Positions 47,706-60,491 of a stretch of 64,000 bases of DNA are shown in pieces (the first letter of the stretch is position 1; the number at the start of each line of letters is the position of its first letter). Source of the stretch: Bacteroidales bacterium (GTDB lineage: Bacteria > Bacteroidota > Bacteroidia > Bacteroidales > JAGOPY01); NCBI GenBank assembly GCA_023229505.1, contig JALNZD010000016.1, positions 1,604-65,603 on the forward strand, read 5' to 3'. Made by a program: the position numbers and the translations under genes. The notes under the pieces were generated by a model. That model was not told the origin of the DNA and ran no database searches. It saw only the letters and a program-made list of their open reading frames with translations.

Positions 47706-50700
47706 TTGGCATCGAAAAAAGCTGTAAGATTCAATTTCGGATCTTCAAAAGTCAAAGCTAATTACCCTGATTTTCTCGAAATCCAGCTTCAATCCTTCAA
47801 GGATTTCATCCAGCTCGAAACGAATCCGGAAGACCGTGTAAATGAAGGACTCTACAAGGTTTTCAGCGAAAATTTCCCGATTACGGACGCCAGGAATAAT
47901 TTCGTCCTTGAATTCCTCGATTATTTTGTGGACCCGCCACGTTATACTATTGAGGAATGCATGGAACGCGGGCTTACCTATTCCGTGCCGCTGAAAGCCA
48001 AACTTAAACTATATTGTACGGATCCTGAACATGAAGATTTTGAGACGATTATCCAGGATGTTTACCTTGGCATGATCCCCTACATGACTCCCAAAGGCAC
48101 TTTTGTCATAAACGGGGCCGAACGTGTAGTGGTTTCCCAATTGCACCGGTCGCCGGGAGTTTTCTTCGGCACCAGCACTCATGCCAATGGAACCCAACTC
48201 TTCTCAGCCAGGATCATTCCTTTTAAAGGATCATGGATCGAGTTCACGACCGATATCAATAATGTCATGTACGCTTACATCGACAGGAAGAAAAAATTAC
48301 CTGTCACGACATTACTTCGGGCTATCGGTTATGAGACCGATAAGGATATCCTGGAAATTTTCCACCTGGCCGAAGAGGTGAAAGTGAACAAGACTAACGT
48401 AAAGAAGGTCATCGGCCGGAAACTGGCTGCCCGCGTTGTCAGGGCATGGGTTGAAGATTTTGTGGATGAGGATACCGGTGAAGTCGTTTCCATCGAACGT
48501 ACGGAAGTGTTGATAGAACGGGAAATCGTGATTGAGAAAGAGCATGCCGAATTGATCCTCGAATCAGGTGTTGATACTTTCCTTCTTCACAAGGAAGATG
48601 TGAATACGCTGGAATACGCGATCATCTTCAACACACTCCAGAAAGATACCGCTAATTCGGAAAAAGAAGCTGTGGAGTATATTTACCGCCAGCTTAGAAA
48701 TGCTGAACCGCCTGATGAAGAAACGGCAAGGGGTATCATAGATAAATTGTTTTTCTCCGAAAAAAGATATGACCTGGGTGATGTCGGACGTTACAGGATC
48801 AACACTAAGCTTGGACTTGATGTTGATCATGCTATCAAAGTCCTTACAAAAGAAGATATTATTTCGATCATTAAGTACCTGGTCGAACTTTCCAATTCCA
48901 AAACTGAGGTTGATGATATCGACCACCTTAGCAACCGTAGGGTGAGGACCGTTGGCGAGCAGCTTTCAGCCCAGTTTGGTGTGGGCCTTGCCCGTATGGC
49001 CAGAACTATCCGGGAAAGGATGAACGTCAGGGATAATGAAGTGTTCACTCCCATGGACCTCATCAATGCCAAGACTTTATCATCAGTCATTAACTCATTC
49101 TTCGGAACTAACCAGCTGTCGCAGTTCATGGATCAGACAAATCCATTATCTGAGCTGACCCACAAACGCAGGATATCTGCCCTTGGCCCGGGTGGTCTTT
49201 CAAGAGAAAGAGCCGGTTTCGAGGTCAGGGACGTTCATTATACACATTACGGCCGTCTTTGCACGATCGAAACCCCGGAAGGGCCGAATATCGGGCTTAT
49301 CTCATCGCTCTGCGTTTTTGCTAAAGTCAACAACCTGGGATTTATCGAAACCCCCTATAAAAGGGTTGAAAATGGCCAGGTTATGCTGAATGAGCCTCCG
49401 ATCTTCCTGAGCGCTGAAGAAGAAGAAAAGAAGATCATCGCACAGGCCAGTGCACCATTGCAAGATGATGGCACATTCCTGAAGGAAAAGGTCAAAGTCC
49501 GTTATCAGGCCGATTACCCGATCATTGCACGGCATGAGGTCGACCTTATGGATACCGCCCCAAACCAAATCGCTTCGATCGCTGCATCACTCATTCCCTT
49601 CCTCGAACATGACGATGCCAACAGGGCATTGATGGGATCAAACATGATGCGCCAGGCCGTCCCGTTGCTGGAACCTGAAGTACCGCTGGTCGGCACGGGC
49701 ATTGAAGCCGATGTGGTCCGCGATTCCCGCGTTCTGATCAACGCTGAAGGCGATGGTTATGTAGAATATGTCGATGCCAAGGAAATTGTTATCCGGTATA
49801 CCCGCGATGAAATGGAAAAGCTCGTTAGTTTTGAAGACGATATCAAACGTTATGAGCTGATAAAGTTCCTGCGTACCAATCAGAATACCTGCGTTAACCT
49901 GCGGCCGATCGTCCGCAAAGGCGATAAGGTATTAAAAGGACAAGTGCTTTGTGAAGGTTATGCTACCAAGAATGGCGAACTGGCTCTCGGCCGGAACCTG
50001 ATGGTGGCATTCATGCCCTGGAAAGGCTATAACTTTGAAGATGCCGTTGTTATAAACGAGAAGGTAGTCAAGGAAGATATCTTTACTTCGATCCATATCG
50101 AGGAATTCACACTTGAAGTCCGTGATACTAAAAGAGGTATAGAAGAGCTTACCAACGATATTCCCAACGTAAGTGCTGAAGCCACTAAGGATCTCGATGA
50201 AAATGGCCTTATCCGCATCGGTGCTGAAGTTAAGGAAGGTGATATCCTGATCGGGAAGATCACTCCAAAAGGAGAAAGTGACCCGACCCCTGAAGAGAAG
50301 TTGCTACGTGCCATCTTCGGTGATAAAGCCGGCGATGTAAAAAATGCCTCTTTGAAAGCGCCTCCGGCAATGAAAGGCGTGGTCATCGAAAATAAATTGT
50401 TTTCAAGGGTAATTAAAGACCGCAAGTCAAGGGCCAAGGAAAAAGATGTCCTGAAAGAACTTGATGACCAGATGCACAAAGAAACCAACGACTTGAAATC
50501 AAAGCTTGTTGATAAGCTGATGATCCTGGTCAGTGGTAAAACTTCCCAGGGTGTTTATAACAACTTCAAGGAAGAAGTGGTCCCCAAAAAGGCCAAATTT
50601 ACCCAAAAAATGCTGATGGTGCTGGATTATGGCAGCATCAACCCGAATCGCTGGACCTCAGATAAAGAAAAGAATGATCTGATCAAGGTTTTGATCAACA

Positions 50701-51512
50701 ACTACAATATTAAGCATAAAGAATTGCAAGGCAGGTTTAACAGGATGAAATTCCAGTCGACTGTCGGCGATGACCTTCCTAACGGGATTGTGCAAATGGC
50801 TAAAGTTTACGTTGCCCGCAAGCGGAAACTGCAGGTTGGCGACAAGATGTCGGGTCGGCACGGAAACAAGGGTATTGTAGCAAAGATTGTCCGGCAGGAA
50901 GACATGCCGTTCCTTGAAGATGGCACACCGGTCGATATCGTCCTTAACCCACTCGGTGTTCCCAGCCGTATGAACCTGGGACAAATCTATGAAACCGTTC
51001 TCGGCTGGGCCGGTCACAAGCTTGGTATGACCTATAGCACCCCGATTTTTGATGGTGCAAGCTATACGCAGATCAATGATTTGATGGAGAAAGCAGGTTT
51101 GCCTAAAGATGGAAAAGTATTTCTATATGACGGCGAAACAGGCGAAAGGTTCCATCAGCCAACTACTGTCGGGTTTATCTATATGCTGAAACTGCACCAC
51201 ATGGTGGAAGATAAAATCCACGCCCGTTCCATCGGACCTTACTCCCTGATTACGCAGCAACCGCTTGGTGGTAAAGCACAGTTTGGGGGACAGCGTTTCG
51301 GTGAAATGGAAGTCTGGGCACTTGAAGCATTTGGTGCTTCCAACATCCTTCAGGAAATACTTACCGTCAAATCGGACGATGTACAGGGAAGGGCAAAAGC
51401 TTATGAAACGATTGTTAAGGGCGAAAATATGCCTAAAGCGAGCATCCCTGAATCCTTCAACGTTTTGGTACACGAACTCAGAGGTCTTGGCCTCGAAGTG
51501 AGATTCGAATAA
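47706..51512 (+). CDS. rpoB: DNA-directed RNA polymerase subunit beta
   Basis: 1268 aa and conserved throughout. There is no in-frame ATG after the upstream stop at 47664, so a TTG start at 47706 is the best candidate. Confidence 0.98.
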   Translation: MASKKAVRFNFGSSKVKANYPDFLEIQLQSFKDFIQLETNPEDRVNEGLYKVFSENFPITDARNNFVLEFLDYFVDPPRYTIEECMERGLTYSVPLKAKLKLYCTDPEHEDFETIIQDVYLGMIPYMTPKGTFVINGAERVVVSQLHRSPGVFFGTSTHANGTQLFSARIIPFKGSWIEFTTDINNVMYAYIDRKKKLPVTTLLRAIGYETDKDILEIFHLAEEVKVNKTNVKKVIGRKLAARVVRAWVEDFVDEDTGEVVSIERTEVLIEREIVIEKEHAELILESGVDTFLLHKEDVNTLEYAIIFNTLQKDTANSEKEAVEYIYRQLRNAEPPDEETARGIIDKLFFSEKRYDLGDVGRYRINTKLGLDVDHAIKVLTKEDIISIIKYLVELSNSKTEVDDIDHLSNRRVRTVGEQLSAQFGVGLARMARTIRERMNVRDNEVFTPMDLINAKTLSSVINSFFGTNQLSQFMDQTNPLSELTHKRRISALGPGGLSRERAGFEVRDVHYTHYGRLCTIETPEGPNIGLISSLCVFAKVNNLGFIETPYKRVENGQVMLNEPPIFLSAEEEEKKIIAQASAPLQDDGTFLKEKVKVRYQADYPIIARHEVDLMDTAPNQIASIAASLIPFLEHDDANRALMGSNMMRQAVPLLEPEVPLVGTGIEADVVRDSRVLINAEGDGYVEYVDAKEIVIRYTRDEMEKLVSFEDDIKRYELIKFLRTNQNTCVNLRPIVRKGDKVLKGQVLCEGYATKNGELALGRNLMVAFMPWKGYNFEDAVVINEKVVKEDIFTSIHIEEFTLEVRDTKRGIEELTNDIPNVSAEATKDLDENGLIRIGAEVKEGDILIGKITPKGESDPTPEEKLLRAIFGDKAGDVKNASLKAPPAMKGVVIENKLFSRVIKDRKSRAKEKDVLKELDDQMHKETNDLKSKLVDKLMILVSGKTSQGVYNNFKEEVVPKKAKFTQKMLMVLDYGSINPNRWTSDKEKNDLIKVLINNYNIKHKELQGRFNRMKFQSTVGDDLPNGIVQMAKVYVARKRKLQVGDKMSGRHGNKGIVAKIVRQEDMPFLEDGTPVDIVLNPLGVPSRMNLGQIYETVLGWAGHKLGMTYSTPIFDGASYTQINDLMEKAGLPKDGKVFLYDGETGERFHQPTTVGFIYMLKLHHMVEDKIHARSIGPYSLITQQPLGGKAQFGGQRFGEMEVWALEAFGASNILQEILTVKSDDVQGRAKAYETIVKGENMPKASIPESFNVLVHELRGLGLEVRFE

Positions 51513-51540
51513 TTTCAAGTAACAATTAAATCACTTATAC

Positions 51541-54500
51541 ATGGCCTTCAGAAGAGAATCCAATACTACAATTGATTTTAACAGCATAACTATCAGCTTA
51601 GCTTCTCCTGAATCCATCCTTGAGCGCTCTTACGGAGAAGTGCTGAAACCCGAAACCATCAATTACCGGACTTACAAACCTGAACGTGACGGACTTTTTT
51701 GTGAAAGGATCTTCGGACCGGTTAAGGACTATGAATGCCATTGCGGGAAATATAAACGCATTCGTTACAAAGGCATCATTTGCGATCGTTGCGGGGTGGA
51801 AGTTACGGAGAAAAAAGTCAGGAGGGAAAGGACTGGTCACATCCAGCTCGTTGTTCCTGTCGCACACATCTGGTTTTTTCGTTCGCTACCTAATAAAATC
51901 GGCGCCCTTCTGGGACTTCCTTCCAAAAAAATGGATTCGATCATCTATTATGAGAAATATGTCGTCATCAAACCGGGGATAAAAGAAAAAGACGGGTTGA
52001 AGGAGTTGGATTTCCTTTCAGAAGAAGAGTATTTTGATATTGTTGATAACCTGCCGGCAGATAACGCGCATCTTGACGATTCTGATCCAAATAAATTCAT
52101 TGCAAAAATGGGTGCTGAAGCGCTTTTTGATCTTTTGGAGAGGCTGGACCTTGACAAAGTTTCTTATGACCTGCGCCATAAAGCCAATACTGAAACCTCT
52201 CAGCAGCGTAAACAGGAAGCTCTGAAACGGCTCCAGGTTTATGAAGCATTCCGCGATGCCCGTACCCGTTCTGAAAACCGCCCGGGTTGGATGATCATGA
52301 AAATCGTACCGGTGATACCCCCTGAGCTCCGCCCGCTGGTGCCCCTTGATGGTGGCAGATTTGCAACATCCGACCTCAATGACCTCTATCGCAGGGTGAT
52401 CATCAGGAATAACCGCCTCAAGCGACTGATCGAGATCAAAGCGCCAGATGTCATCATGCGTAATGAGAAACGTATGCTCCAGGAAGCTGTCGACTCCCTG
52501 CTGGACAACTCCAGAAAGGTCAGTGCCGTCAAGACAGAATCAAACAGGCCGTTGAAATCACTCAGCGATAGCCTGAAAGGTAAGCAAGGCCGTTTTCGTC
52601 AGAATTTACTCGGTAAACGTGTCGATTATTCCGGCCGTTCAGTTATCGTGGTTGGCCCGGAGCTAAAACTTAATGAGTGCGGTCTTCCGAAAGACATGGC
52701 GGCTGAGTTATTCAAACCCTTTATCATCAGGAAACTCCTCGAAAGAGGCATAGTGAAGACGGTCAAATCAGCGAAGAAGATCGTCGACCGGAAAGATGCC
52801 GTTGTCTGGGATATCCTCGAAAACATTCTGAAAGGCCACCCGGTTCTCCTGAACCGTGCCCCTACCCTTCACAGGCTCGGTATCCAGGCCTTCCAGCCTA
52901 AACTTATTGAGGGTAAAGCCATCCAGTTGCACCCATTGGTATGTACCGCGTTTAACGCTGACTTCGACGGTGACCAGATGGCTGTCCACGTACCATTGGG
53001 CAATGCAGCCATTTTGGAAGCCCAGATCCTCATGCTTGCTTCACATAACATTCTGAACCCAGCCAATGGCGCTCCAATCACTGTTCCTTCACAGGACATG
53101 GTATTGGGTCTTTATTATATGACCAAAGGCAGAAAATCTACCCCGGAATATCCAGTCAAGGGCGAAGGGAAACGCTTCTATTCGCCTGAAGAAGTAATCA
53201 TCGCGTTCAATGAGAACAAACTTGATCTTCATGCCAATATATTTGTGAAAGTCGAAGACCTGGTTGATGGCCAGCCCGTTAACCAGATCGTTGAAACAAC
53301 TACAGGAAGGGTCCTCTTTAACCAGGTCGTTCCCGGGGAAATGGGATACATCAACCAATTGCTGACTAAAAAGGCTTTGCGTGATATTATCGGGGATATC
53401 CTGAAATCAACAGGTACGAAGAAAACTTCCGATTTCCTGGATAATATCAAAAACCTTGGATTCATTATGGCTTTCAAAGGAGGTCTGTCTTTTAACCTTG
53501 GAGATGTGATCATCCCGGAGGTCAAAGAATCTTTCATTGAAGAAGCCAACCAGGAAGTTGATGAGGTTCTCAGCAACTACAACATGGGTTTCATCACCAA
53601 TAATGAACGTTATAACCAGATCATCGATATCTGGACCCATACAAACTCCAGACTAACCCAGCAGGTGATGAAAGAAATTTCCCTGGATAAGGGAGGTTTT
53701 AACCCGATCTTTATGATGCTCGACTCAGGTGCGAGAGGTTCTAAAGAACAGATCCGCCAGTTGTCAGGCATGAGGGGTCTGATGGCCAAACCACAGAAAT
53801 CCGGGGCAACAGGAGGTGAAATTATCGAAAACCCGATCTTATCCAACTTCAAAGAAGGATTATCAGTTCTTGAATACTTCATTTCCACCCACGGCGCCCG
53901 TAAAGGTCTTGCCGATACAGCTCTTAAAACAGCAGATGCCGGTTACCTGACCCGACGCCTGGTCGATGTTTCGCAGGATGTCATTATTTCGGAAGATGAC
54001 TGCGGCACCCTCAGGGGAATCACAATCTCTGCCCTAAAAAAGAATGAGGAGACCGTAGAATCCCTTTACGACCGGATCCTTGGCCGGGTTACCCTGCATG
54101 ATATCTTCCATCCTAATACCGGCGAACTGATTGCAAGGGCAGGCCACCAGCTCACTGAAGACAAATGTAAAATCATCGAAGAATCCCCGATAGAATCGGT
54201 CGAGATTCGTTCCGTGCTTACCTGTGAATCCAAGCAGGGTGTTTGCGCAAGATGTTATGGAAGGAACCTCGCTACGGGAAGAATGATCCAGGAGGGCGAG
54301 GCAGTTGGTGTTATCGCTGCCCAGTCAATCGGTGAGCCTGGAACACAGCTGACCCTGCGTACTTTCCACGTTGGGGGTACTGCTTCTAACGTTGCGATTA
54401 TTTCGAAAATTGAAGCTAAATACGATGGTTTCCTCGAAATTGACGAACTCAGGTTTGTAACCTATACCAACAAGGAAGGCAAAAGCTATGATGTGGTGAT

Positions 54501-55848
54501 TGGCCGTTCTGCTGAAATGAGGATCATTGATAAACACACCAAGATTGTCCTTGCTTCTGGTCATATTCCCTATGGAGCTAACCTTTATTTTAAGGAAAAC
54601 ACGGAAGTTAAAAAAGGCAGCCTGATCAGCGACTGGGATCCTTTCAATGCTGTGATCCTTGCCGAAGTTAAAGGCACTATCCAATATGAAAATATCGTTG
54701 AAGGGAAAACTTACCGTATTGAATCTGATGAGCAGACCGGTTATGTAGATAAGGTTGTAATAGAACCTCGTCAGAAACTCAAGAATCCGACGATCAATAT
54801 TGTCTCCGGCGATGGTGAAGTCGTTAAATCTTATGACATCCCAGTTGGAGCACGTATCGTGGTTGAAGACGGACAGGACATCAAAGCGGGTGAGCCGCTG
54901 GTAAAAATCCCCAGGGCAATCGGGAAAACCGGTGATATTACTGGTGGTTTGCCCAGAGTTACCGAACTCTTTGAGGCCAGGAACCCATCCGAGCCGGCTG
55001 TTGTGGCTGAAATCGACGGTGTGGTTACGATCAGCAAAAAGCTGAAAAGAGGCAACCGTGAGGTGGTCATTACTTCGAAAACCGGAGAAGAGAAACATTA
55101 TCTCGTCCCAACGACGAAACAGGTCCTTGCCCAGGAAAATGACTATATCCGTGCTGGAACATCCCTTTCCGAAGGTGAGATTTCACCTTCAGATATATTG
55201 GCTATCAAAGGTCCGATGAAGGTTCAGGAATATATCGTCAATGAAGTGCAGGAAGTTTACCGTTTGCAGGGTGTGAAGATCAACGACAAGCATTTTGAAG
55301 TGATTGTCAGGCAGATGATGAGAAAAGTTGAAGTAGAAGATCCCGGCGATACGAGATTCCTTGAAGGCGAACTGGTCAACAAAACCGATTTCCAGGATGA
55401 AAATGATGACGTCTTCGGAAAGAAAGTAGTCATCGATCCGGGTGATTCGCTTACATACCGGGCCGGTCAGATCGTAAGTGCGAGGAAACTGCGCGATGAG
55501 AATTCAATGCTGAAACGTAAAGACAAGCGCCTGATTGTTGCCAGGGATGCAAGTCCGGCAACCGGCCTGCAGGTTATCCAGGGTATTACGCGGGCATCAT
55601 TGCAAACCAATAGCTGGATTTCTGCCGCTTCATTCCAGGAAACCACAAAAGTGCTGACCCAGGCAGCCATCCAGGCCAAGACCGACGAGCTAAAAGGCTT
55701 GAAAGAAAATGTCATCGTTGGCCATAAAATCCCCGCCGGGACAGGATTACGGAAATATGAAGATATCATTGTCGGTTCACGCGAAGAATATGAAGAAATC
55801 ATGGCGAGCAAAGAGGATTTCGATGATGAACCGGAGGATGAATTGTAG
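51541..55848 (+). CDS. rpoC: DNA-directed RNA polymerase subunit beta prime
   Basis: 1435 aa. It has the NADFDGD catalytic motif and zinc-finger Cys residues near the N-terminus. Confidence 0.98.
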   Translation: MAFRRESNTTIDFNSITISLASPESILERSYGEVLKPETINYRTYKPERDGLFCERIFGPVKDYECHCGKYKRIRYKGIICDRCGVEVTEKKVRRERTGHIQLVVPVAHIWFFRSLPNKIGALLGLPSKKMDSIIYYEKYVVIKPGIKEKDGLKELDFLSEEEYFDIVDNLPADNAHLDDSDPNKFIAKMGAEALFDLLERLDLDKVSYDLRHKANTETSQQRKQEALKRLQVYEAFRDARTRSENRPGWMIMKIVPVIPPELRPLVPLDGGRFATSDLNDLYRRVIIRNNRLKRLIEIKAPDVIMRNEKRMLQEAVDSLLDNSRKVSAVKTESNRPLKSLSDSLKGKQGRFRQNLLGKRVDYSGRSVIVVGPELKLNECGLPKDMAAELFKPFIIRKLLERGIVKTVKSAKKIVDRKDAVVWDILENILKGHPVLLNRAPTLHRLGIQAFQPKLIEGKAIQLHPLVCTAFNADFDGDQMAVHVPLGNAAILEAQILMLASHNILNPANGAPITVPSQDMVLGLYYMTKGRKSTPEYPVKGEGKRFYSPEEVIIAFNENKLDLHANIFVKVEDLVDGQPVNQIVETTTGRVLFNQVVPGEMGYINQLLTKKALRDIIGDILKSTGTKKTSDFLDNIKNLGFIMAFKGGLSFNLGDVIIPEVKESFIEEANQEVDEVLSNYNMGFITNNERYNQIIDIWTHTNSRLTQQVMKEISLDKGGFNPIFMMLDSGARGSKEQIRQLSGMRGLMAKPQKSGATGGEIIENPILSNFKEGLSVLEYFISTHGARKGLADTALKTADAGYLTRRLVDVSQDVIISEDDCGTLRGITISALKKNEETVESLYDRILGRVTLHDIFHPNTGELIARAGHQLTEDKCKIIEESPIESVEIRSVLTCESKQGVCARCYGRNLATGRMIQEGEAVGVIAAQSIGEPGTQLTLRTFHVGGTASNVAIISKIEAKYDGFLEIDELRFVTYTNKEGKSYDVVIGRSAEMRIIDKHTKIVLASGHIPYGANLYFKENTEVKKGSLISDWDPFNAVILAEVKGTIQYENIVEGKTYRIESDEQTGYVDKVVIEPRQKLKNPTINIVSGDGEVVKSYDIPVGARIVVEDGQDIKAGEPLVKIPRAIGKTGDITGGLPRVTELFEARNPSEPAVVAEIDGVVTISKKLKRGNREVVITSKTGEEKHYLVPTTKQVLAQENDYIRAGTSLSEGEISPSDILAIKGPMKVQEYIVNEVQEVYRLQGVKINDKHFEVIVRQMMRKVEVEDPGDTRFLEGELVNKTDFQDENDDVFGKKVVIDPGDSLTYRAGQIVSARKLRDENSMLKRKDKRLIVARDASPATGLQVIQGITRASLQTNSWISAASFQETTKVLTQAAIQAKTDELKGLKENVIVGHKIPAGTGLRKYEDIIVGSREEYEEIMASKEDFDDEPEDEL

Positions 55849-55866
55849 ATTTAATTTTAAAAGCAA

Positions 55867-56190
55867 ATGACCATGTCAGATAACAAACCGAAGAACCAGA
55901 TCAATATTGAGCTGGGAGAAGATCAGGCCGAGGGTACTTACGCGAATCTCGCCATGATCTCGCATTCTCATTCTGAGTTCATCATTGATTTTATAAAGAT
56001 GATGCCTGGAATGCCCAAAGCCAAAGTTAAATCCAGGGTGATCCTGACGCCACAACATGCCAAACGCCTGTTACGTGCCTTGAAAGAGAACGTCGGCAAG
56101 TATGAAAGCATGTATGGCAATATTGAAACACCGGAAGGATCGGATGGGCTTCCGCCTTTCCACCTTGGAGGCCCCACGGCTCAAGCTTAA
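55867..56190 (+). CDS. DUF3467 domain protein (conserved downstream of rpoC in Bacteroidota)
   Basis: GTYANLAMISHSHSEFIIDFI...VILTPQHAKRLLRAL. Confidence 0.75.
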   Translation: MTMSDNKPKNQINIELGEDQAEGTYANLAMISHSHSEFIIDFIKMMPGMPKAKVKSRVILTPQHAKRLLRALKENVGKYESMYGNIETPEGSDGLPPFHLGGPTAQA

Positions 56191-57194
56191 AAAATCAAAC
56201 GGAAAGTCCCATCGCCTTCAAGGACAACAACCTCAAGGCTTTCTACAAGGTGCTTATACTTTCGGAAAACTTCTTTTGGCTGCTTTTCTCCATTTATATA
56301 CATCGCACGTGAATCCAGATCTATTACGTACTTTTTACGCGGAATAGCAAGGCCATCATCAATAAGTTCCTGACGGATTATCTTTTCAGCAGGAGGAGCC
56401 CCGTATTCATGAGAAAATTCTCTCATTGGCGGAGCAGGAGCAGGAAACAATTGCTGATCCTTTTCAAAATCTTTCAATTTAAATTCATACTCCCGAAGTG
56501 CTCTATCATATTTATCTGACCATTTCATCTGATCATCATTGTAATAATCATACTTTAAATCTGGCATTTCGGGAATCTCAGGAAATTCCGGAACATCAAA
56601 TCCATAAAATTGAAATCCTCCGTCCGTAACAATGGATGTATCATAACCTTCAGGGATCCAAAGTATTGTATCACCTTTGATAACCTTAAAGTAATTTCCT
56701 GATTTGATGATTACTACTTTCCGCATGCTATCGAGTTGCTCTGAATTTTTTTTCAGGATAATCACCTCTTTTTCATAATCATTCCGGGCATTTTCCCATT
56801 CCCCGATATTCTTGTCCAGCGTTTCAACGAAAACTTTAATATCTCTGTCATCCGTGGCATCAGTTGAATCGGTATAAACTTTCACAATCACCTTTCCGGA
56901 TTTGGATGTAGCAATGATTGTATCAGGGGTTTCAGGATTGACAGGCATTAAATTAAAAATCCTTTCTCCTGATTCACGACCAGTAAGGTCAAATGTGCTG
57001 GGGATAAATGACAAGGCATTTAGTGATAGGGTAAAGATCAGGCCGACAAGTAAAATGAAGGCAATGATCCCCTCGCTGAGACCCTTTCTGAGTTTCACCG
57101 GGGTAAGCAATCTTTTCACCCTGAAGAGAAGTTTTTTCTTTGAACCGGCCATAGCATTGGCCAATAACGTTGATTTCGAATTTAAATCTTCCAT
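56187..57194 (-). CDS. membrane-anchored hypothetical protein downstream of the BlaR-like stub
   Basis: One TM helix (IIAFILLVGLIFTLSLNALSFI). No catalytic motif was seen. It may be the distal part of a split BlaR1-like gene. Confidence 0.5.
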   Translation of the reverse strand: MEDLNSKSTLLANAMAGSKKKLLFRVKRLLTPVKLRKGLSEGIIAFILLVGLIFTLSLNALSFIPSTFDLTGRESGERIFNLMPVNPETPDTIIATSKSGKVIVKVYTDSTDATDDRDIKVFVETLDKNIGEWENARNDYEKEVIILKKNSEQLDSMRKVVIIKSGNYFKVIKGDTILWIPEGYDTSIVTDGGFQFYGFDVPEFPEIPEMPDLKYDYYNDDQMKWSDKYDRALREYEFKLKDFEKDQQLFPAPAPPMREFSHEYGAPPAEKIIRQELIDDGLAIPRKKYVIDLDSRAMYINGEKQPKEVFRKYKHLVESLEVVVLEGDGTFRLIF

Positions 57195-57249
57195 AGTTGT
57201 TAATGCTTTGATATAGTTTAGATGATCATGATTAACACTGATAGCAATG

Positions 57250-57645
57250 TCATCGCAGATATGCTCCCTTTCCTGCCTGATTTTCGAAAATATTTACAGT
57301 ATGAACATACCAGGCATCGTATGTCCCGCTCTCAACGATAGTTGGCATTTCAGGCAGAATGTTGTTTTCAGGGAGCCCTGAAATAGCAGAAGCTTCATTC
57401 CTGGGATTATCTTTTACATTTTCAGGGTGGTAAGTGTACAGGAAGGTTGCTGTGAAGAAAACAGGTATAAGCATCAGAAATATATAAAGGATCATATAGC
57501 GAATACCAGGCCTGTGCTTGCGCAGGATTATCAATAGCCCCATTGCTATCAAAGCAATAAGCCCTCCTTGCCAGACAGAGTGGAATAAGGTCCAGGCAAA
57601 AGCACGGATAAACTCTTCTGATAATATAGATTCAAAGAAGTTCAT
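57250..57645 (-). CDS. BlaR1/M56-family N-terminal transmembrane module lacking the HExxH peptidase region
   Basis: AFAWTLFHSVWQGGLIAL is the typical M56 first-TM signature. Its ATGA overlaps blaI. The ORF ends after 131 aa with no HExxH. Confidence 0.55.
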   Translation of the reverse strand: MNFFESILSEEFIRAFAWTLFHSVWQGGLIALIAMGLLIILRKHRPGIRYMILYIFLMLIPVFFTATFLYTYHPENVKDNPRNEASAISGLPENNILPEMPTIVESGTYDAWYVHTVNIFENQAGKGAYLR

Positions 57646-58034
57646 CGTTTATCTCCTTCCAGCTTTTGGATGAGTTCTTTGATTTCCTGCAGCTCAACAT
57701 CTGAAGTCTTATGATTGCCAAGTGCCTGAAGCACTAATTTAGAAGCCGATCCTCCAAAAGCGATTTCAAGCAGGCGGTCGAGCATCCGTACCTGGGTATC
57801 CTCCTGTTTGGCCAGGGCATAATAAATATGTGTCCGGCCTTCCATTACCCTTTCTACCATACCTTTTTCAGTCATGATTTGCATCAGTTTCAGGGTTGTT
57901 GTGTAGCCGACATTTTTATTTTGTTTCATCTCGTCGTTCACAAATCTCACCGTTGAGGGGCCATTTTTCCAGAGAATCGAGAGGATTTCCAGTTCGGATT
58001 CTGTTGGTTTGAAAGTCTTTCCGATTTGGGTCAT
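57642..58034 (-). CDS. BlaI/MecI/CopY-family transcriptional repressor
   Basis: SELEILSILWKNGPSTVRFVNDEM...GYTTTLKLMQIMTEKGMV winged helix. Confidence 0.85.
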   Translation of the reverse strand: MTQIGKTFKPTESELEILSILWKNGPSTVRFVNDEMKQNKNVGYTTTLKLMQIMTEKGMVERVMEGRTHIYYALAKQEDTQVRMLDRLLEIAFGGSASKLVLQALGNHKTSDVELQEIKELIQKLEGDKR

Positions 58035-58196
58035 ATTTATTTAATTACGAATTAATTCGTACAACAAAGATACATGAAGAGTACCCTGAAGTCAATTCTA
58101 TTTACGAATTTTTTCGTAAAAAATGTTAAATTCTGTAAATAATGTTAGGAAAGGCTGGGATGTGATGTGCTTCTGAGTTGGCATCTCAAATCAATA

Positions 58197-60392
58197 CTAA
58201 TCCAGTTTAACCGCTTTGCTCACACCTCCCATCTGTGATATTTTTTGAATCAGGTCAGAAAGTGAACTGCTGTTCTTTACCATCAACTTAATGATGCCAT
58301 TAAAAACCCCTTTCTTTGCTTCGATCTTAACGGATATCATATTGACTTTTAAATCATTGGAGATTATTTGGGAGATTTCATTCATGATACCGATCCGGTC
58401 AGTACCCGTGACACGAATGGCTGCCCGGAAAGCCCCTTTTTCTTCAATACCCTTCCACTGGACTTCAATTTTCCGATAGCCGTAGCGGGTCAGCAATTGT
58501 TTAGCATTAGGGCAATTTTGATGATGTATGGTGATGCCCCGGCTGATCGTCACAAAACCAAACACCGGGTCGCCGGGAACAGGATTACAACAGTGGGCCA
58601 GCTTGTAGTTAACTTTTTTAAGATTGGTATCGATAAAAAGCACATCATCCTGTTCCTGTAAGCCCGTTTTACCTGCCTGGGATGGTTTTTGCTCCCGTCC
58701 GGGTAATGTTTTACCTTCGTCGGTTTTTTCAATATCACCTGATAAGAAGCGCTTCACCTCAATCAGATCGATCTTTTCATGGTAAATCAGCCCATAAAGA
58801 TCAATAGAAGAAGAAAGCTTAAATTTCTTAATCAACCGGTCGATATTCTCATCAACAAAAGCTATTTTCCAGTTTTTAAACTTCCTGCGCAGGATTTCGT
58901 TGCCCTTCTCAGCTTCAAGGAACATCTCCTCTTTCAGCGCTCTTTTTATTTTATTTTTCGCTTTGGTAGTGACCACATAATTCAGCCAATCCATTTTTGG
59001 TTTCTGGATTTTCGAAGTTATGATCTCCACTTTATCGCCATTTTCCAAAACCTGTTTCAGTGGGACAATCTTATTATTGACTTTAGCGCCCGTGCAGGAA
59101 TAACCAACATTAGTATGAACTTCAAAAGCAAAGTCAAGCACAGTGGAGCCCTGGTCCAGTTCTTTCAAATCGCCGGTAGGTGTAAAAACAAATACCTTAT
59201 TGGCATTCTGGGTTTTTAATGTTTTTTCACTTTCGTCAAATGCGATCTGCTCGGGGTGCTCAATGATATCCCTGACCTGAAGCATCCATCTTTCTATATC
59301 TTCTTTTGATCCGAAGCCCTTATATTTCCAATGAGCGGCCTGGCCTTTTTCCGCAACTTCGTCCATCCTTGCTGTACGGATCTGGACTTCCACCCAGCGG
59401 TCGTGCGGCCCATTTACAGTTGTATGAAGAGATTCGTAACCTGAGGCTTTAGGAGTAGATATCCAGTCCCTTAACCTTTTCGGGTTAGGTGGATAGATAT
59501 TGGTAACCAGGGAATAGGCCTTCCAGCAGTCCGACTTTTCATTCTCCGGAAGTGAATTCAGGATGATCCGGATAGCAAACAGATCAAAAACCTGCTCAAA
59601 CTCAACATCCTGCTTTTGCATTTTCTCCCAGATCGAAGGTATAGATTTGGGCCGGCCTTTGATCTCAAACTCAAGTCCCTGTTTGATGAGTTCGCGTTGA
59701 ATTGGTGCAATGAATTCATTAATGAATGCATTTCGTTTTGATTCCGTTTCACGGATTTTTTGGGCAATCTGTTGATAAACCTCAGGCCGGGTAAACTTCA
59801 TCGAAAGGTCTTCCAGTTCTTTTTTGACCCGGTAAAGGCCAAGTCGGTGGGCAATTGGGCTATACAGAAAATTTACTTCATTGATATATCTTGCCTGGTA
59901 CTCAGTAGGAAGCTTTTCAATCATTCTCATGTCTCTAAGACGGTGCGCCAGTTTGAGCAGGATAACGCGGATGTCATCCACTACGGCCAGGAAGAGTTTT
60001 CTGAAAGTGTCAGATTGCAATGATACCTTACCGGTAGGCAATTCGCTGATCCTGGCATAACTCTTTATCATATCTGCAATGGCCGTCCCGAATTTCTTCT
60101 TTATGTCTTCTATTCCGATAGTTTGAGTGGCAAGGGCATCATGAAGAAGAGCAGTCACAATCGAATTAATTCCCAGGCCCATTTCCTCTGCAGCAATCCT
60201 GGCAATGGACAATGAATGGCATATCAGCAGTTCTCCGGTCATATGCCGGGATTCTCCATATAACTCCCGGGAAAACAAAAAAGCATGATCCAGCAATTGC
60301 CTGTCGTCTTCCTTCAGCAGTCCTTGTGAAACTGCCAGCAAGCCATCATATTTTGCAATAATTTTCTGAAGTTCAGCCTCTGAAATCATCAC
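58197..60392 (-). CDS. bifunctional (p)ppGpp synthetase/hydrolase, RelA/SpoT homolog
   Basis: HD domain (LHDALA), synthetase domain (SLHTTV, GYESLH), TGS domain and C-terminal ACT domain. The protein is 731 aa. Confidence 0.93.
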   Translation of the reverse strand: MMISEAELQKIIAKYDGLLAVSQGLLKEDDRQLLDHAFLFSRELYGESRHMTGELLICHSLSIARIAAEEMGLGINSIVTALLHDALATQTIGIEDIKKKFGTAIADMIKSYARISELPTGKVSLQSDTFRKLFLAVVDDIRVILLKLAHRLRDMRMIEKLPTEYQARYINEVNFLYSPIAHRLGLYRVKKELEDLSMKFTRPEVYQQIAQKIRETESKRNAFINEFIAPIQRELIKQGLEFEIKGRPKSIPSIWEKMQKQDVEFEQVFDLFAIRIILNSLPENEKSDCWKAYSLVTNIYPPNPKRLRDWISTPKASGYESLHTTVNGPHDRWVEVQIRTARMDEVAEKGQAAHWKYKGFGSKEDIERWMLQVRDIIEHPEQIAFDESEKTLKTQNANKVFVFTPTGDLKELDQGSTVLDFAFEVHTNVGYSCTGAKVNNKIVPLKQVLENGDKVEIITSKIQKPKMDWLNYVVTTKAKNKIKRALKEEMFLEAEKGNEILRRKFKNWKIAFVDENIDRLIKKFKLSSSIDLYGLIYHEKIDLIEVKRFLSGDIEKTDEGKTLPGREQKPSQAGKTGLQEQDDVLFIDTNLKKVNYKLAHCCNPVPGDPVFGFVTISRGITIHHQNCPNAKQLLTRYGYRKIEVQWKGIEEKGAFRAAIRVTGTDRIGIMNEISQIISNDLKVNMISVKIEAKKGVFNGIIKLMVKNSSSLSDLIQKISQMGGVSKAVKLD

Positions 60393-60491
60393 ACCCCGAA
60401 TTCATTAGATTTACAATCCTTACCATGAAAGACAATTAGCCGGATCTGTCAGATATCCAGCATACAAGAAGAAAGATATTATTGAGACTGA

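Noticed and set aside
47136-55811. Many 60-260 aa ORFs antisense to, or out of frame within, rplL, rpoB and rpoC (for example 54325..55098 minus, 50027..50488 minus)
   Set aside because: They are embedded in highly conserved genes. Their translations are low-complexity with no motifs, which is typical of shadow ORFs.
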